Below, piece by piece: positions 19,220 to 29,470 of a stretch of DNA of 64,000 bases. A program made the translations under genes and the position numbers. The notes below the pieces were generated by a model, which worked only from the letters and a program-made list of their open reading frames with translations, was not told the origin of the DNA and ran no database searches. Source of the stretch: a virus. Each line of letters starts with the position of its first letter. Positions within the stretch are counted from its first letter, which is position 1. Where the stretch lies: the IMG/VR virus record IMGVR_UViG_3300028800_000002, positions 96,001-160,000 of that record; one strand, given 5' to 3'.

Positions 19220-19734
19220 CGGATGTGAACCGAGACACGTTGCAGGGATTGCCAGGGGTTACGCCGACCTTTAGAGCATTTGTGCAATCTGTTCGGTTGT
19301 ACACGCGTGATTTCCCTGAGCTCAACCGCCTTTTGACGGGCGAGGAATCGACGGACAGGCAAATTGCTTGGTCGGTTCTTGACGCGATGGCGGACTTCAA
19401 TGGAACACCGCACATAACGAGCTATCACTTGGAAGACCTCTTGGGCAGGAGCCAGCAGGCGTTGCTGCTACGCATGACGGTGATCTCGCTTATCGAGCAG
19501 GTAGGTTTGCTTCAGACCAGGAACCACATCAACTATTCGACAGGTGGGATCAACGTCGGCATCAACGACAAGACGCCGCTGCTGATGAATTGGCTGCAGT
19601 ATTACAAGTCGTATACCGACCAGCGCAAGCAACAGGTAAAGGTCGCCCTCAACATTGAGGGTATTCTTGGTCCAACAAACTCTGGAGTTTTCAGCGAGTA
19701 TTGGGCGGTCAACGCGACGTACGCACAGTTCTAA
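19216..19734 (+). CDS. Head-tail adaptor (putative)
   Basis: 172 aa helical protein downstream of MCP; YSTGGINV beta-hairpin-like segment typical of adaptors. Confidence 0.5.
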   Translation: MTDVNRDTLQGLPGVTPTFRAFVQSVRLYTRDFPELNRLLTGEESTDRQIAWSVLDAMADFNGTPHITSYHLEDLLGRSQQALLLRMTVISLIEQVGLLQTRNHINYSTGGINVGINDKTPLLMNWLQYYKSYTDQRKQQVKVALNIEGILGPTNSGVFSEYWAVNATYAQF

Positions 19735-19742
19735 AGGACGCC

Positions 19743-20213
19743 ATGATTATCATCAATAAGTATGCGACGATGACCGAGGCCAACCACAAGATCCGCGGGG
19801 GCATCGTTGGGGGCGTCCCCTGTAACGTACCCTACGGTGGACTTGTGGGTAAGACGTTGACCTTCAGTAATCCAGTCGGCGGCTCTTGTACTTTCAACCC
19901 TCAGTCAGGGCGAGGTTACGGACAACTGAACTTCGCTGACGTGAAAAGTCAGCTTGAGACGCAAGTCCCAGACATTGAAGTCATTACAATCGACAACAAG
20001 TTTGCGTTACGTCGTAAGACTGTAGGGCAAGTTGTGGCGCTACCAGCCATTGTCGATCCGGCAAACTATGAGGTGGCACGCGCCATCCTTGGCTTTAGCC
20101 CCGGGGAATTGATCTCGGGGCAGTATTTGAACGGTCCTTCGGGGGCAAACCCTAAGTACCTGGAGTTCGTTACCGAGTGCGGAAATGTCTACATTTCCAT
20201 TGAGGTGGACTAA
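19743..20213 (+). CDS. Virion protein carrying one sheath-type insertion module
   Basis: LVGKTLTF..ADVKSQLE..FALRR..ARAILGF resembles the repeated sheath module. Confidence 0.55.
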   Translation: MIIINKYATMTEANHKIRGGIVGGVPCNVPYGGLVGKTLTFSNPVGGSCTFNPQSGRGYGQLNFADVKSQLETQVPDIEVITIDNKFALRRKTVGQVVALPAIVDPANYEVARAILGFSPGELISGQYLNGPSGANPKYLEFVTECGNVYISIEVD

Positions 20214-21304
20214 TGGACGCGTTTCAACGAGGATTCAGCCGCGGTATTCCTTTGGAGAAGGCAGCATCCTTCTTCGTCGGTATGAAGTCGTGGCAACAGC
20301 CGCGGCCTTCGACATTGGCTGTTGCCAAGCAGGCAGCCGCACAAGTACTAGATTCACCGCTCACGCGCTTTCGGAAGATAGCCTCTGAGAATGAGGAGCC
20401 GGTTCAATCTGGTGCTGCGATGTCGACACCAACCCCTGATGGTGTTCCCGCCCAGGATAACTACCTAGCCAATGAGGCAGCGGGCCTGGAGGCTGAGAAC
20501 ACGGCCTCTGTGCAGTATTACCAAGGGTTGCTCGAGCAACTCCGTGGTGAGTCGGCTGAATCCCAACAGCGTGCAGAGCAGGCAGAGCAGCAAGCACAGC
20601 AGCTCGAGGCAGCGCAAGCAGAGCATGACAGCCAGTTGGCAGCCGCCCAGCAAGAGGGTCAGATTGCCCAGCAGGCGGCCATGCAGCAGGTGCAGAGCGC
20701 CAACATGGCTGCATCCACAGCTATGCAGCAGGCTGTGGACGCCGAGAACCGAGCGTTGCAGGCCAAGACGACTGAGACTTCGGCCAAGATTCAGCAGCAG
20801 CAACTTCGAAGTACTCTCCTCGATTTGGCAGCTCAAGGTCTCCCGGGTACAGAACCCGAGATGGGTGGCGAGGGAAATGCCGCTGAGGGTGTAGCTCCTG
20901 AACAAGTTCCGCAGGCGGGTGCCCCAGCGGATGGTACACAGCCCGGCGCTGAAGGTGGGCAGGAAGCAACGGCTGCTGCAGGCCCTGGCGCTGGTGGTTT
21001 GAATCAGCAAGGGCAACCGGCGAATGCCGAGGGAATGCCCGGGCAAGAGGCGTCGACTGAGACCGCAGGCGCCGCGGCACCCGGGACTCAACCGCAACCA
21101 GCGGGGGACGCCTCCGGTGGATCAGGCGCAGGATCAGGGACGGGACCGCAGTCCAACACTGACGGGCAGCCGTCACAGCCCGAGCAAGATCCCACGGCGA
21201 AGCGACAAGGGCAGGTCTCCATCAAGGTTGGAAGCCCTTCACTCGTTGCATTGATGGATCGCCTGGAGGCTAGCGGATGCCTCCCTTTAGCCCAGGGCAG
21301 GTAA
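20213..21304 (+). CDS. Putative internal head protein with Gln-rich coiled coil and Gly/Pro/Gln tail
   Basis: KAAS, KQAA, KIAS in N-terminus; long Q/E/A heptads. Confidence 0.7.
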   Translation: MDAFQRGFSRGIPLEKAASFFVGMKSWQQPRPSTLAVAKQAAAQVLDSPLTRFRKIASENEEPVQSGAAMSTPTPDGVPAQDNYLANEAAGLEAENTASVQYYQGLLEQLRGESAESQQRAEQAEQQAQQLEAAQAEHDSQLAAAQQEGQIAQQAAMQQVQSANMAASTAMQQAVDAENRALQAKTTETSAKIQQQQLRSTLLDLAAQGLPGTEPEMGGEGNAAEGVAPEQVPQAGAPADGTQPGAEGGQEATAAAGPGAGGLNQQGQPANAEGMPGQEASTETAGAAAPGTQPQPAGDASGGSGAGSGTGPQSNTDGQPSQPEQDPTAKRQGQVSIKVGSPSLVALMDRLEASGCLPLAQGR

Positions 21305-21663
21305 AAGCTGCCGGGCTTGCTCAGTATGCGAAGGACCCTCGAGTTATCGGGGGTCTGATCGGCGGTGGTTTAGGAGCAGGCCTGACCGCTTACGAAGCGT
21401 CTGGACGAGGGCCCGACCTGGACAAGTACCGACAGAGAATTGACCAGAAGGTGGAGAGGATGCAGCAGCCCGGCGTGCGTAACTTCGCGCGTGCAATGGA
21501 CATCTCTACCGACCGTTCATTGCTGACCGCGGGGGAAGCCGTGCAGGCGCACCCAGTTCTTTCCACGCTGGCCGCGGGAACCATGGGCGCCATCACCGGC
21601 GCCACCGCTGGGCCTGAGCTTGTACAATTGCTGCGCGAAGCGGCGTCGAGTTACCGGGGTTGA
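21277..21663 (+). CDS. Small glycine-zipper protein
   Basis: QVKAAG then VIGGLIGGGLGAGL and LAAGTMGAITGATAG. Confidence 0.7.
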   Translation: MPPFSPGQVKAAGLAQYAKDPRVIGGLIGGGLGAGLTAYEASGRGPDLDKYRQRIDQKVERMQQPGVRNFARAMDISTDRSLLTAGEAVQAHPVLSTLAAGTMGAITGATAGPELVQLLREAASSYRG

Positions 21664-21685
21664 CCCTTTATTTTAGGAGAGCGTC

Positions 21686-24082
21686 ATGCTTGATCAGTAC
21701 CTGAGAGTTGCCTATGAAAGCACACAAACCAAGGTGGCCCATCGGGAGCTCATCGACCAGTTGAAGACTCTACCGTTGGAAGAGCTCATCAAAGCGGCCA
21801 ACGGTGACCCTACCTCCAAGCTGACATACACCGACGGCCCATCTGACGGTCAATGGATCGACAAATACAAGGGCACCCCTTTGTTCGAGAAGGCCATTGA
21901 GCTCGAGAAGCAACTCTTGCAGATCGACATGCAGGAGAACCAAGAGCACGCAGCGCGCCGCGCAGAAGAGAAAGCGGAGGAGCCACGCACCAATTTTTAT
22001 GACCAGCGTGATGCGCTCAAGCTGCAGCAGCGCATGCTCGATCTCGAACTGGCTACTTCTCAAGAGTCTGGCTCAAACCCTGAGGCTAAAGAGGAGCAAG
22101 GTGCACAGTTGATTGAACAAGCGCAGGCTCAAGAGATCGCCGAGGGCAAGGGCAACGAGCCCCATGAACAGGCCGAGACTGCCGCATTGAACCAGTTTCG
22201 ACAGGCGCAACAGCAAGAGGCGGTGGAAGCACCGAAGACCGCCAGTGCACTACACAACGCAGCCAAGGGGATCAAAGGCTATGCAAAAGCGCTCGGCGGT
22301 AAAGAGCACGATAAACTGCGTGCAGCCGCTTTAGGGCATCATTTGGCAGATGTCTTTGGGCGAGCGGACGCGAAAATACAACGTGATCCTAAGATGGGGA
22401 GAGTGCTCAAGATACGCGCGATGGGGCATGACGTGCGTAACCTATCCCCTGAGGGTATTGAAGCTAGCGCTGACAGGCATGCACATGCCTCTAAGAAGCT
22501 GCATGGTTTAGCAGACAAAGCTGCAGACAATACATCCCGTGCACGCAAAGGTACTGCTCGTGTGGCAGGCGCCCTTGGAGGTGCAGGTATTGCAGCCGCG
22601 GCAGTCTCTCATCACAAGAACAAGGAAAAGACTGCAGGCAGCATTGTGAACTCCATTGTCCCGGAAACGCGCAGCCTAGGGCGCACCCCTGCTGGAGATC
22701 ATGCACAGGGCGCTGGGGCTGGTGAGGTTTTCAGTGATCCATCAGCGACGGTAACTGAAGGGCTGCAGGTCAACAAGACTGCGTCAGTTGCCAGCGCCGC
22801 GAGTCGGTTCAAGGAGCTGGCCACTGGAAGCAAAGCCCGCAAGTTAGAGGAAACTGCTAGTAACTGGGGACGCGCTGCAAACCTTTCAGGCAAGCACCCT
22901 GCGGTTGCGGGAGCTGGTAAAGCTGCCGAACGTTACGGCAAGGCGGCCAGGACAGAGCGACTCAAGTCTCTTGGTACGCAGGCGGCCTCAGCGGGAGGGG
23001 CTGTTGCCGCTGGTGCTGGTGTGAAACACTTGGCGCGCAAAGAGAAGACGGCAACGCCCTATGACGATTATTTGAAGACAGAATTGAATCAGCGTGGGCA
23101 TGAGCAGAAGGCAAAGAGCCAAGAGGCACATCCCACCCGTACTAGGATCCTTGGGGCGCTATCCGAAGGTGCCCGTGTTGGTATACCTTTGGGCTTAGGT
23201 AGCGCTGGGGGCGCGCTTCTTATGACCCGCAATCCTCGGTTTGCGTTAGAGCAAGGTATGAAGGGTCTAGCCATTGGCGGAGGTCTTGGTGCATTGGGTG
23301 GTTCCATGCAAACTCCCGGTGAGCTCGATAGGAACATGGCATCTATGTATGGGGATGCGCTCACTCCTGATTCGTTACGAGAAGATGCTAAATCTAGTAG
23401 GGAGCTAGGTGACCATATTGATAAGCATCCTACTCAAATACGTGCTGCTAGGGGTATTGGCTTTGGAGCGGCAGGAGCCCTCGGAGGGAGGCTCATCGGA
23501 GGTGCTCTTGGTCATCCAGATTTAGGGACAGCTATCGGTGCTGGCGGTGGTGCATTACTTGGTGCTTTGCCGAAGCCTAGTGGAAAGGGAGCTCATCAGG
23601 ATGCCGCTGAGATCGAGAAGTACATGCAGACCCGTGGTATACCCACGGAAAAGCAGGCTGGCATTGGGAGCAGCATCATACAGGCAGGACAGTCAGCACT
23701 GACGGCTGGTAAAGGCATGCTTGCCAATGCTGGCGGTTTGTCTGGATTGGGTTCGAAGGCGATGGGTTTTGCCAAGGCAAATCCCCTTGCTACAGCCGGC
23801 ATTGCAGGCGGGGCCGGACTTCTTGCAGGCAAAGCCCTAGCGCGCCCACAACAGCAGAAAGTAGCTGCGGTCGATATTCGAAAGGCACTGCAAGGAGCCA
23901 AACAGCTCCCTTTTAGGGTGAAGACTCTTGCGACTGAGGCCTATCGCAAGGGCGGAGTTCCTGAGGTCATAGGAACCTTCGAGGACAAAGGCATGGGCGC
24001 GTTGCAGGGCGCCTCCTCGAAGTTAGAGTCTGCAAAGAAGAAGTTTCATGCGCTAGCAACCGAGTACAATCCCTACATCTAA
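21686..24082 (+). CDS. Modular putative head polyprotein with K-x-A-delimited glycine-zipper cassettes
   Basis: AGGAG RBS; segments separated by KTAS/KTAG/KTAS/KTAT/KQAG/KVAA. Confidence 0.75.
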   Translation: MLDQYLRVAYESTQTKVAHRELIDQLKTLPLEELIKAANGDPTSKLTYTDGPSDGQWIDKYKGTPLFEKAIELEKQLLQIDMQENQEHAARRAEEKAEEPRTNFYDQRDALKLQQRMLDLELATSQESGSNPEAKEEQGAQLIEQAQAQEIAEGKGNEPHEQAETAALNQFRQAQQQEAVEAPKTASALHNAAKGIKGYAKALGGKEHDKLRAAALGHHLADVFGRADAKIQRDPKMGRVLKIRAMGHDVRNLSPEGIEASADRHAHASKKLHGLADKAADNTSRARKGTARVAGALGGAGIAAAAVSHHKNKEKTAGSIVNSIVPETRSLGRTPAGDHAQGAGAGEVFSDPSATVTEGLQVNKTASVASAASRFKELATGSKARKLEETASNWGRAANLSGKHPAVAGAGKAAERYGKAARTERLKSLGTQAASAGGAVAAGAGVKHLARKEKTATPYDDYLKTELNQRGHEQKAKSQEAHPTRTRILGALSEGARVGIPLGLGSAGGALLMTRNPRFALEQGMKGLAIGGGLGALGGSMQTPGELDRNMASMYGDALTPDSLREDAKSSRELGDHIDKHPTQIRAARGIGFGAAGALGGRLIGGALGHPDLGTAIGAGGGALLGALPKPSGKGAHQDAAEIEKYMQTRGIPTEKQAGIGSSIIQAGQSALTAGKGMLANAGGLSGLGSKAMGFAKANPLATAGIAGGAGLLAGKALARPQQQKVAAVDIRKALQGAKQLPFRVKTLATEAYRKGGVPEVIGTFEDKGMGALQGASSKLESAKKKFHALATEYNPYI

Positions 24083-24978
24083 TGCCTGTCCCCATTGAAC
24101 TGCGCGAGCTCAAGGTTACCTCACTGGATGTAGATTTCCATGAGGTATCTTGGGTTGTAGCTCCCACGTCGCTCGACATCTTGGACTTTCAGTTCGAGGT
24201 GCTGCGCTCTGAGGCTGAAGAAGGGCCGTACGAATCGTTGGCGGGCCCGTTTGAGGACCGTTACTCCTTCATCGATAACATCGTCATGGTGCTTCATCGA
24301 TGGAGGACCTACCAGTACATTGTTCGTATCCGGGAGAAATTGAGTGGAGACTACAAGGATTTCGGACCAGTCTCTCATGACCCAGAGCCAGACATTGTCG
24401 CCATTGAACTACGACGACACATTCGAGTCCTCTTCCAGGAGTACGCAGGGAGACGATGCATTGTTCTTCCTGTTCGCACTTTTGGTCAGCGGTGCCCTGC
24501 TTGCTGGAATCCGATCTTGCAGAAGGTCACGAAATCGGGCTGCCTGACTTGTTACAACACTGGGTTCAATCGCGGCTATATGCATCCGATTGAAACCTGG
24601 ATTCAGATTGATCCGAGCACTAAGTCCCAACAGCACGGCAATCCTGGGGAAACACAGCAGGACAACACTACGCTGCGTCTTGGGTATTACCCATCCATCA
24701 AGCCGCACGATCTCATCATTGAGGCCGAGAATGTTCGCTGGCGTGTTGAGGAGCAGACACAGACTGAGCACTCGCGGGCAGCGGTACATCAGGAAGTGAA
24801 AGTACATCGTGTTCCAGAGAAGGATATTGAGTACGCCATTCCTGTGCACTACGCATCGGCGTTGAAGAACTTGTACTTCACTCCGGAGCGTAATTTTACA
24901 AACCCGACCAGTCTCAGTGCTTTTGAAAGCAATGAGGTACCTGGTATCTTTGACTTGTACTCGGTGCGTAGCAGGTAA
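24082..24978 (+). CDS. Head-closure/neck protein with FN3-like N-terminus and CxxC..CxxC finger (putative)
   Basis: VSW..FEVLRSEAEEGPY..YQYIVR (FN3-like); RCPACW..GCLTCYNTGF; IKPHDLIIE..RWRV. Confidence 0.55.
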   Translation: MPVPIELRELKVTSLDVDFHEVSWVVAPTSLDILDFQFEVLRSEAEEGPYESLAGPFEDRYSFIDNIVMVLHRWRTYQYIVRIREKLSGDYKDFGPVSHDPEPDIVAIELRRHIRVLFQEYAGRRCIVLPVRTFGQRCPACWNPILQKVTKSGCLTCYNTGFNRGYMHPIETWIQIDPSTKSQQHGNPGETQQDNTTLRLGYYPSIKPHDLIIEAENVRWRVEEQTQTEHSRAAVHQEVKVHRVPEKDIEYAIPVHYASALKNLYFTPERNFTNPTSLSAFESNEVPGIFDLYSVRSR

Positions 24979-24980
24979 CC

Positions 24981-25388
24981 ATGATCTCTAGAACGCCACT
25001 CTCGCAGTTACCCACAGCTCGGGCCCTCTTGAAGCTGGCAGAGTTGCCGGAACCCCCGGACTTTGTGGAGGCAGCGCAGTCTGAGCCGCGGCACCCAGTG
25101 CCTGAAAAGAGTGAAGCGGAGATCAAGCACCCAGTCTTGCATGCGTTGAAGTCGGTGGCAGCCCCAGCGGCTGCATTTGGTTTGGGTACTGCTGGTGGGT
25201 ACTTGGGCCAGTTAGGAATTGAAAAGGCATTGAAGTTGAAGCCACAAGGGGCTGCTAATTGGCAGCGCGTTGCTGCGCCGCTACTGACTGGTGCATTTGG
25301 CCTTGCCATGCAGCAGTACAAGTCACGGGAAAGTAAGGAGTTGAACCGTGCCGTCGAAGCCCACAATCGTCAATCTGAGCGGAGGTAG
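24981..25388 (+). CDS. Small glycine-zipper protein
   Basis: LLKLAE; AAAFGLGTAGGYLG; LLTGAFGLAM. Confidence 0.7.
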   Translation: MISRTPLSQLPTARALLKLAELPEPPDFVEAAQSEPRHPVPEKSEAEIKHPVLHALKSVAAPAAAFGLGTAGGYLGQLGIEKALKLKPQGAANWQRVAAPLLTGAFGLAMQQYKSRESKELNRAVEAHNRQSERR

Positions 25389-26304
25389 TAGCTTCACAGA
25401 TGAACCCTTGATGCAGCTGAGGGTGCTGTACAACTCATTTGTCCGTGGTTTATTCAGCGCAGCCCCTAGGGGTTTTTACCATTGGAGCGAAGGGGAAGAG
25501 ACGGAGATCTACGTCTCTGATGAGCACCCGGTAAAGAGCGACAAGATCGGGCCACGCCCTTGCGTAAGCTTTACTCGTTCAGCTGTGCAGTTCTATTCTC
25601 TCGGCAACGACGACATGCTCGCTTTCAACTTCGACACCAGTCGCAAGAAGAAGAGCGTTCTAATCCCTGGCGTCATGAGCATCAATTGTAGTTCTCGGGT
25701 AGACCTCGAGAGCGAGCGCATCGCTTGGATTATTGGTGAGCACTTGTGGCTGCTACGAGAACAGCTCATGGGCTTTGACTTGTTTTTTGAGATCGGACGG
25801 CAAGCACAAATTTCACCACCAACTCCTGCCGAAGGCATCATCGTCATGGATGCCGGAGATGAATGGTACTGCACTACGGTGACTTCTCCGTTCCAGTTCC
25901 CTCGCACGTCCCAGGTGACTCCGCTGAACAAGACCATCGTGCAGCAGATCGAACTGCGGATGCGTTTGCAGCTTGAAGCTCTTTGGCAAAAGCGCACTGG
26001 GGGCCCGGTTGCCAGTCAAAATGGGGTTGATCCCGGCATGTACGTGACTGAGAAAGGGCCACCGGCGTTTTTCCCTCAGGCATCGGATGCCCATGGTCGA
26101 ACACCGGACCCGGGCGGACATCTTCCTCCACCTCTTCAATTAGCGCCTCATCCGCTAGATCCGGCACGAATGGTGGTCGTAAGGGCGACGCATCCGTACC
26201 GGCCTGGCTTGCGTGCACCCTCAATGGGCGGCCGTGCTATTCCCATAGCCCAGAGCTGCGTGGAAGAATCGAGCTCGATACCGCCTTTCAGAACGAAAGT
26301 ATAA
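25348..26304 (+). CDS. Tail completion/terminator protein (putative)
   Basis: Immediately before the sheath gene; PCVSFTRS..MSINCSSRVDLESERIAWII pattern. Confidence 0.5.
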   Translation: MPSKPTIVNLSGGSSFTDEPLMQLRVLYNSFVRGLFSAAPRGFYHWSEGEETEIYVSDEHPVKSDKIGPRPCVSFTRSAVQFYSLGNDDMLAFNFDTSRKKKSVLIPGVMSINCSSRVDLESERIAWIIGEHLWLLREQLMGFDLFFEIGRQAQISPPTPAEGIIVMDAGDEWYCTTVTSPFQFPRTSQVTPLNKTIVQQIELRMRLQLEALWQKRTGGPVASQNGVDPGMYVTEKGPPAFFPQASDAHGRTPDPGGHLPPPLQLAPHPLDPARMVVVRATHPYRPGLRAPSMGGRAIPIAQSCVEESSSIPPFRTKV

Positions 26305-26320
26305 GGAAGGAGCCTATTTC

Positions 26321-29300
26321 ATGGACGCAGAACTCCCGAGACCAGGCGTTGAGGTCGTACAAGTTATCCGCACAACTACCCCCTCGGTGGTTACCCCTAC
26401 GCTCGTTCCTTGCGTCGTCGGCGTTGCCCGCCAGGTCGTTGACCTGCTGGTTACCGATGGTAGCGGCAGCAAGCTTTTGAATTCCGAGGCTCTTGTCAGC
26501 CTGCCGGCGTTCTTTCTAGCGAAGGCTGCCTCTGGAACACCCCCTGTTTACACGGGTCTCAATACCCTGCACCTCGTCTTTTCAGTCAGTAATGGCTCGA
26601 ATGTCGATGTGCTCTTTTCGGACTCCCCTGCAGTTGGGCTTACACCCACCTCTGTAGTGGCCGCCATCAATAAGGCGTTGGCCGCAGCGGGCGTGTCATC
26701 CGCCATCTCTGAGTTGATCGGTACGACACGATTCAGGCTGCGCACGGTAGGAACCGGCCAGTACCAAAGCCTGCGCATCGATCCATCGACTAGTCCGGCT
26801 GTTTGCACCGCGTTTGGCATTGGCCTCGGTAAGACGTATGACGGCTTTGACAGCTATGCGCAGCTGGAAGAGTCCGTTCCTGAAGTCAGCTTGCCTGATC
26901 CCAATGGGAACTTGGCAGAGCTCAGCATTGAAGCTCCTAGCATTCGTGCCTTCTTGGCGATGAGTACTTCGAACTTCATCGAGGTTCTGCGCACAGAGGC
27001 CTTCCTTCGCAACGGGTCAGTGAACACGCATGCGGTAGTTACGGGCAGCGTGGACCTGACCAGTCTGACGTGGGCGCTAGGCGCTTCCGTTGCAGGCAAG
27101 TCGTTGAAAGTTTCCATCTATGGAGCAGCGGAGCAGACGGTTGCCTTCACGGCAGCTGAAACATCGATCTCGTTGTTTCTAGCCAAAATCAATGCTGGAT
27201 TGGCTGGGTTGGTTGCTACTGAAGCACCTACATCAAACTTCCTGGTGTTGACCAGTGTTTCCACAGGCGCTGCAGCCAGCATCATTGTTGGCAACGGGGA
27301 CATCGATGCCGTGGTTGGGCTCACCAACCTACAGGCGTCAACTGGGTCCTCTGTCGCAGTGGTCGATGATGGAAATGGGGACAACTTCTCTCCATTGCTG
27401 AAGTTTGCTGGGGTGGATTTCACCGCAGTGGGCGTGGCGGCATCTGTACAAGGCACCGTGGATCTCACCACGTTGACCTACCCGGCTGGCGTACAGGGCT
27501 TGTCCATTGAGATCAGTGACGGGCAGCAGCTGCAGACGTTGGTCATTCCCTCCACTACGATGGCGAGCGATACCGACTTAGTTGCCTACATCAATGAGGT
27601 GATGGGCGCTGCGTCAAGCGGTCGACTCTTGGCCACCATCGATGGCTCATCTCATCACTTGGTGCTGACTACCACCAACACAGGGGCCGATGCATTCATT
27701 TGGGTGAAGAGCGGCACGGCCCTTACCGTACTGGGCCTCACTGCGGACACGCAGGTTCATGGAACTCTTGGCCATGCTGTCGTGGGTGATGAGGTTTTTG
27801 TGGATGGAATCTCCGCAGGAACCATAATCTCAGTCGCCCCTGGCGGTCATAACGACATGCTCAAGGTGAACGCTCAGCAGGCGTTGACGACCAATTACGG
27901 CGACCACTGGTACATCGTCGCCAAGAACCTGACTGGCACGGGAGTCGATAGGCCGACCCCCAACTTGGTCATCGATGCCAACAATACGGCAACGTTGAAG
28001 AACACGCTGCTGCGCGACACCAATGGTGGTCCGATTTCTCCCACCGCAGGCCGGGCCCCGTTGTACTTGTCCTACACGGCAATCCGTAAGGATGTGTCGG
28101 CGCTCGCCAAGCACTCAGGGTTGCTGCGCTTTGACAGCCAGACCCAGATTGAGGCGAGCATTCCTCCGATCAGCACGAACAACCCGCTCGCGCTTGGCCT
28201 GTTCTTCGCCATTGCGAATGCCCCTGGCATCCAGATTACTGGCCTAGGCGTTGATGCGGTTAGCGCGGACGAACCTTACGGCACTGTGGAGGCGTTCAAT
28301 CGCGCTGCAGAGTTCCTGGAGGCGTTTGAAGTTTATGCTTTGGCTCCGTTGACTCACAACAATGAAGTGGGTCAGCTGTTCAAGACGCATGTCGACTTCA
28401 TGTCGGAGCCGTCCCAAAAGGGCGAGCGCATCGCGCTGTTCAACTCCAGCCAGCCTACGCATGCGCTGGATACGCTTGTGGGCTCTGGGGTCAATGGAAA
28501 CACCGTCGGCTCTACTGGGTTGAGCTTCGACACGGGAATCCCCAACCTGTCTGCGCTCTTGCTCAACAAGGGCGTGAACCCGGTCGGTACTATCGGTGCT
28601 GGCTCGGGCGTGTTCTTGGACATCGCGAGCGACGCTAAGAGCTATTCCATCTCGGCTGTCAACGGGTCCATCATCACGGTACGGATCACCTTCGATCCGG
28701 GTACCAATGACGATGACTTCTACTCGACAACGGCGCTCAATGTCCCTCCGCTGTCCAGCCAGCTCATTCAGGAGGTCTTCGCGGTCCGCATTCGCGGTGC
28801 GGCGTTGGTGACGGTGGATGGGAACCCGGACAAGAATGCCGTGGCTTCCGCCTATGCCGCAGTAGGACAGTCGTTTTCTGACCGCAGGTTCTGGCACACC
28901 ATGCCTGACCAGTGCGCGGCCACGGTAGATGGAGTGGAGCAGGTGCTCGAGGGCTTCTACATGAATGCTGCAATTGCCGGCATGATTGGACAGCAGCCTC
29001 CGCAGCAGTCCTTCACGAACTTCCCGATGTCTGCGTTCACGCGTGTCATTGGCTCGAGCAACTACTTCTCCGAGAGCCAGATGAACGTCATGGCGGCGGG
29101 AGGCACCTACATCATCGTGCAGGATTCTCCTAGCGCTCCGCTCATCGCGCGCATGGCCCTGACGACGGACCTGACTTCGGTTGAAACCCGTACGGACTCC
29201 ATCACCAAGGTCGTGGACTTCACGGCTAAGTTCCTGCGCAAGGGCCTGAAGAACTTCATTGGACGGTTCAACATCACGCAGGCCTTCCTCGACCAGCTCG

Positions 29301-29470
29301 GCTCAGTCACGGGTGGTCTTGGTGGTTACCTGGTGGAGGTGGGTGTCTTGGTTGGTTTCAACCTCAACAACATCATTCAGGACGAGGATGCCCCTGACAC
29401 CGTGCTGATTGACGTCCTGATCGATCCCCCGTACCCCTGCAACTACATCCGCATCACACTGGTGATCTGA
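26321..29470 (+). CDS. Contractile tail sheath protein with repeated insertion modules
   Basis: N-terminal PRPGVEVVQ; C-terminal ARMALTTD..TRTDSITKVVDF..VLIDVLIDPPYPCNYIRITL; upstream of tube. Confidence 0.88.
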   Translation: MDAELPRPGVEVVQVIRTTTPSVVTPTLVPCVVGVARQVVDLLVTDGSGSKLLNSEALVSLPAFFLAKAASGTPPVYTGLNTLHLVFSVSNGSNVDVLFSDSPAVGLTPTSVVAAINKALAAAGVSSAISELIGTTRFRLRTVGTGQYQSLRIDPSTSPAVCTAFGIGLGKTYDGFDSYAQLEESVPEVSLPDPNGNLAELSIEAPSIRAFLAMSTSNFIEVLRTEAFLRNGSVNTHAVVTGSVDLTSLTWALGASVAGKSLKVSIYGAAEQTVAFTAAETSISLFLAKINAGLAGLVATEAPTSNFLVLTSVSTGAAASIIVGNGDIDAVVGLTNLQASTGSSVAVVDDGNGDNFSPLLKFAGVDFTAVGVAASVQGTVDLTTLTYPAGVQGLSIEISDGQQLQTLVIPSTTMASDTDLVAYINEVMGAASSGRLLATIDGSSHHLVLTTTNTGADAFIWVKSGTALTVLGLTADTQVHGTLGHAVVGDEVFVDGISAGTIISVAPGGHNDMLKVNAQQALTTNYGDHWYIVAKNLTGTGVDRPTPNLVIDANNTATLKNTLLRDTNGGPISPTAGRAPLYLSYTAIRKDVSALAKHSGLLRFDSQTQIEASIPPISTNNPLALGLFFAIANAPGIQITGLGVDAVSADEPYGTVEAFNRAAEFLEAFEVYALAPLTHNNEVGQLFKTHVDFMSEPSQKGERIALFNSSQPTHALDTLVGSGVNGNTVGSTGLSFDTGIPNLSALLLNKGVNPVGTIGAGSGVFLDIASDAKSYSISAVNGSIITVRITFDPGTNDDDFYSTTALNVPPLSSQLIQEVFAVRIRGAALVTVDGNPDKNAVASAYAAVGQSFSDRRFWHTMPDQCAATVDGVEQVLEGFYMNAAIAGMIGQQPPQQSFTNFPMSAFTRVIGSSNYFSESQMNVMAAGGTYIIVQDSPSAPLIARMALTTDLTSVETRTDSITKVVDFTAKFLRKGLKNFIGRFNITQAFLDQLGSVTGGLGGYLVEVGVLVGFNLNNIIQDEDAPDTVLIDVLIDPPYPCNYIRITLVI

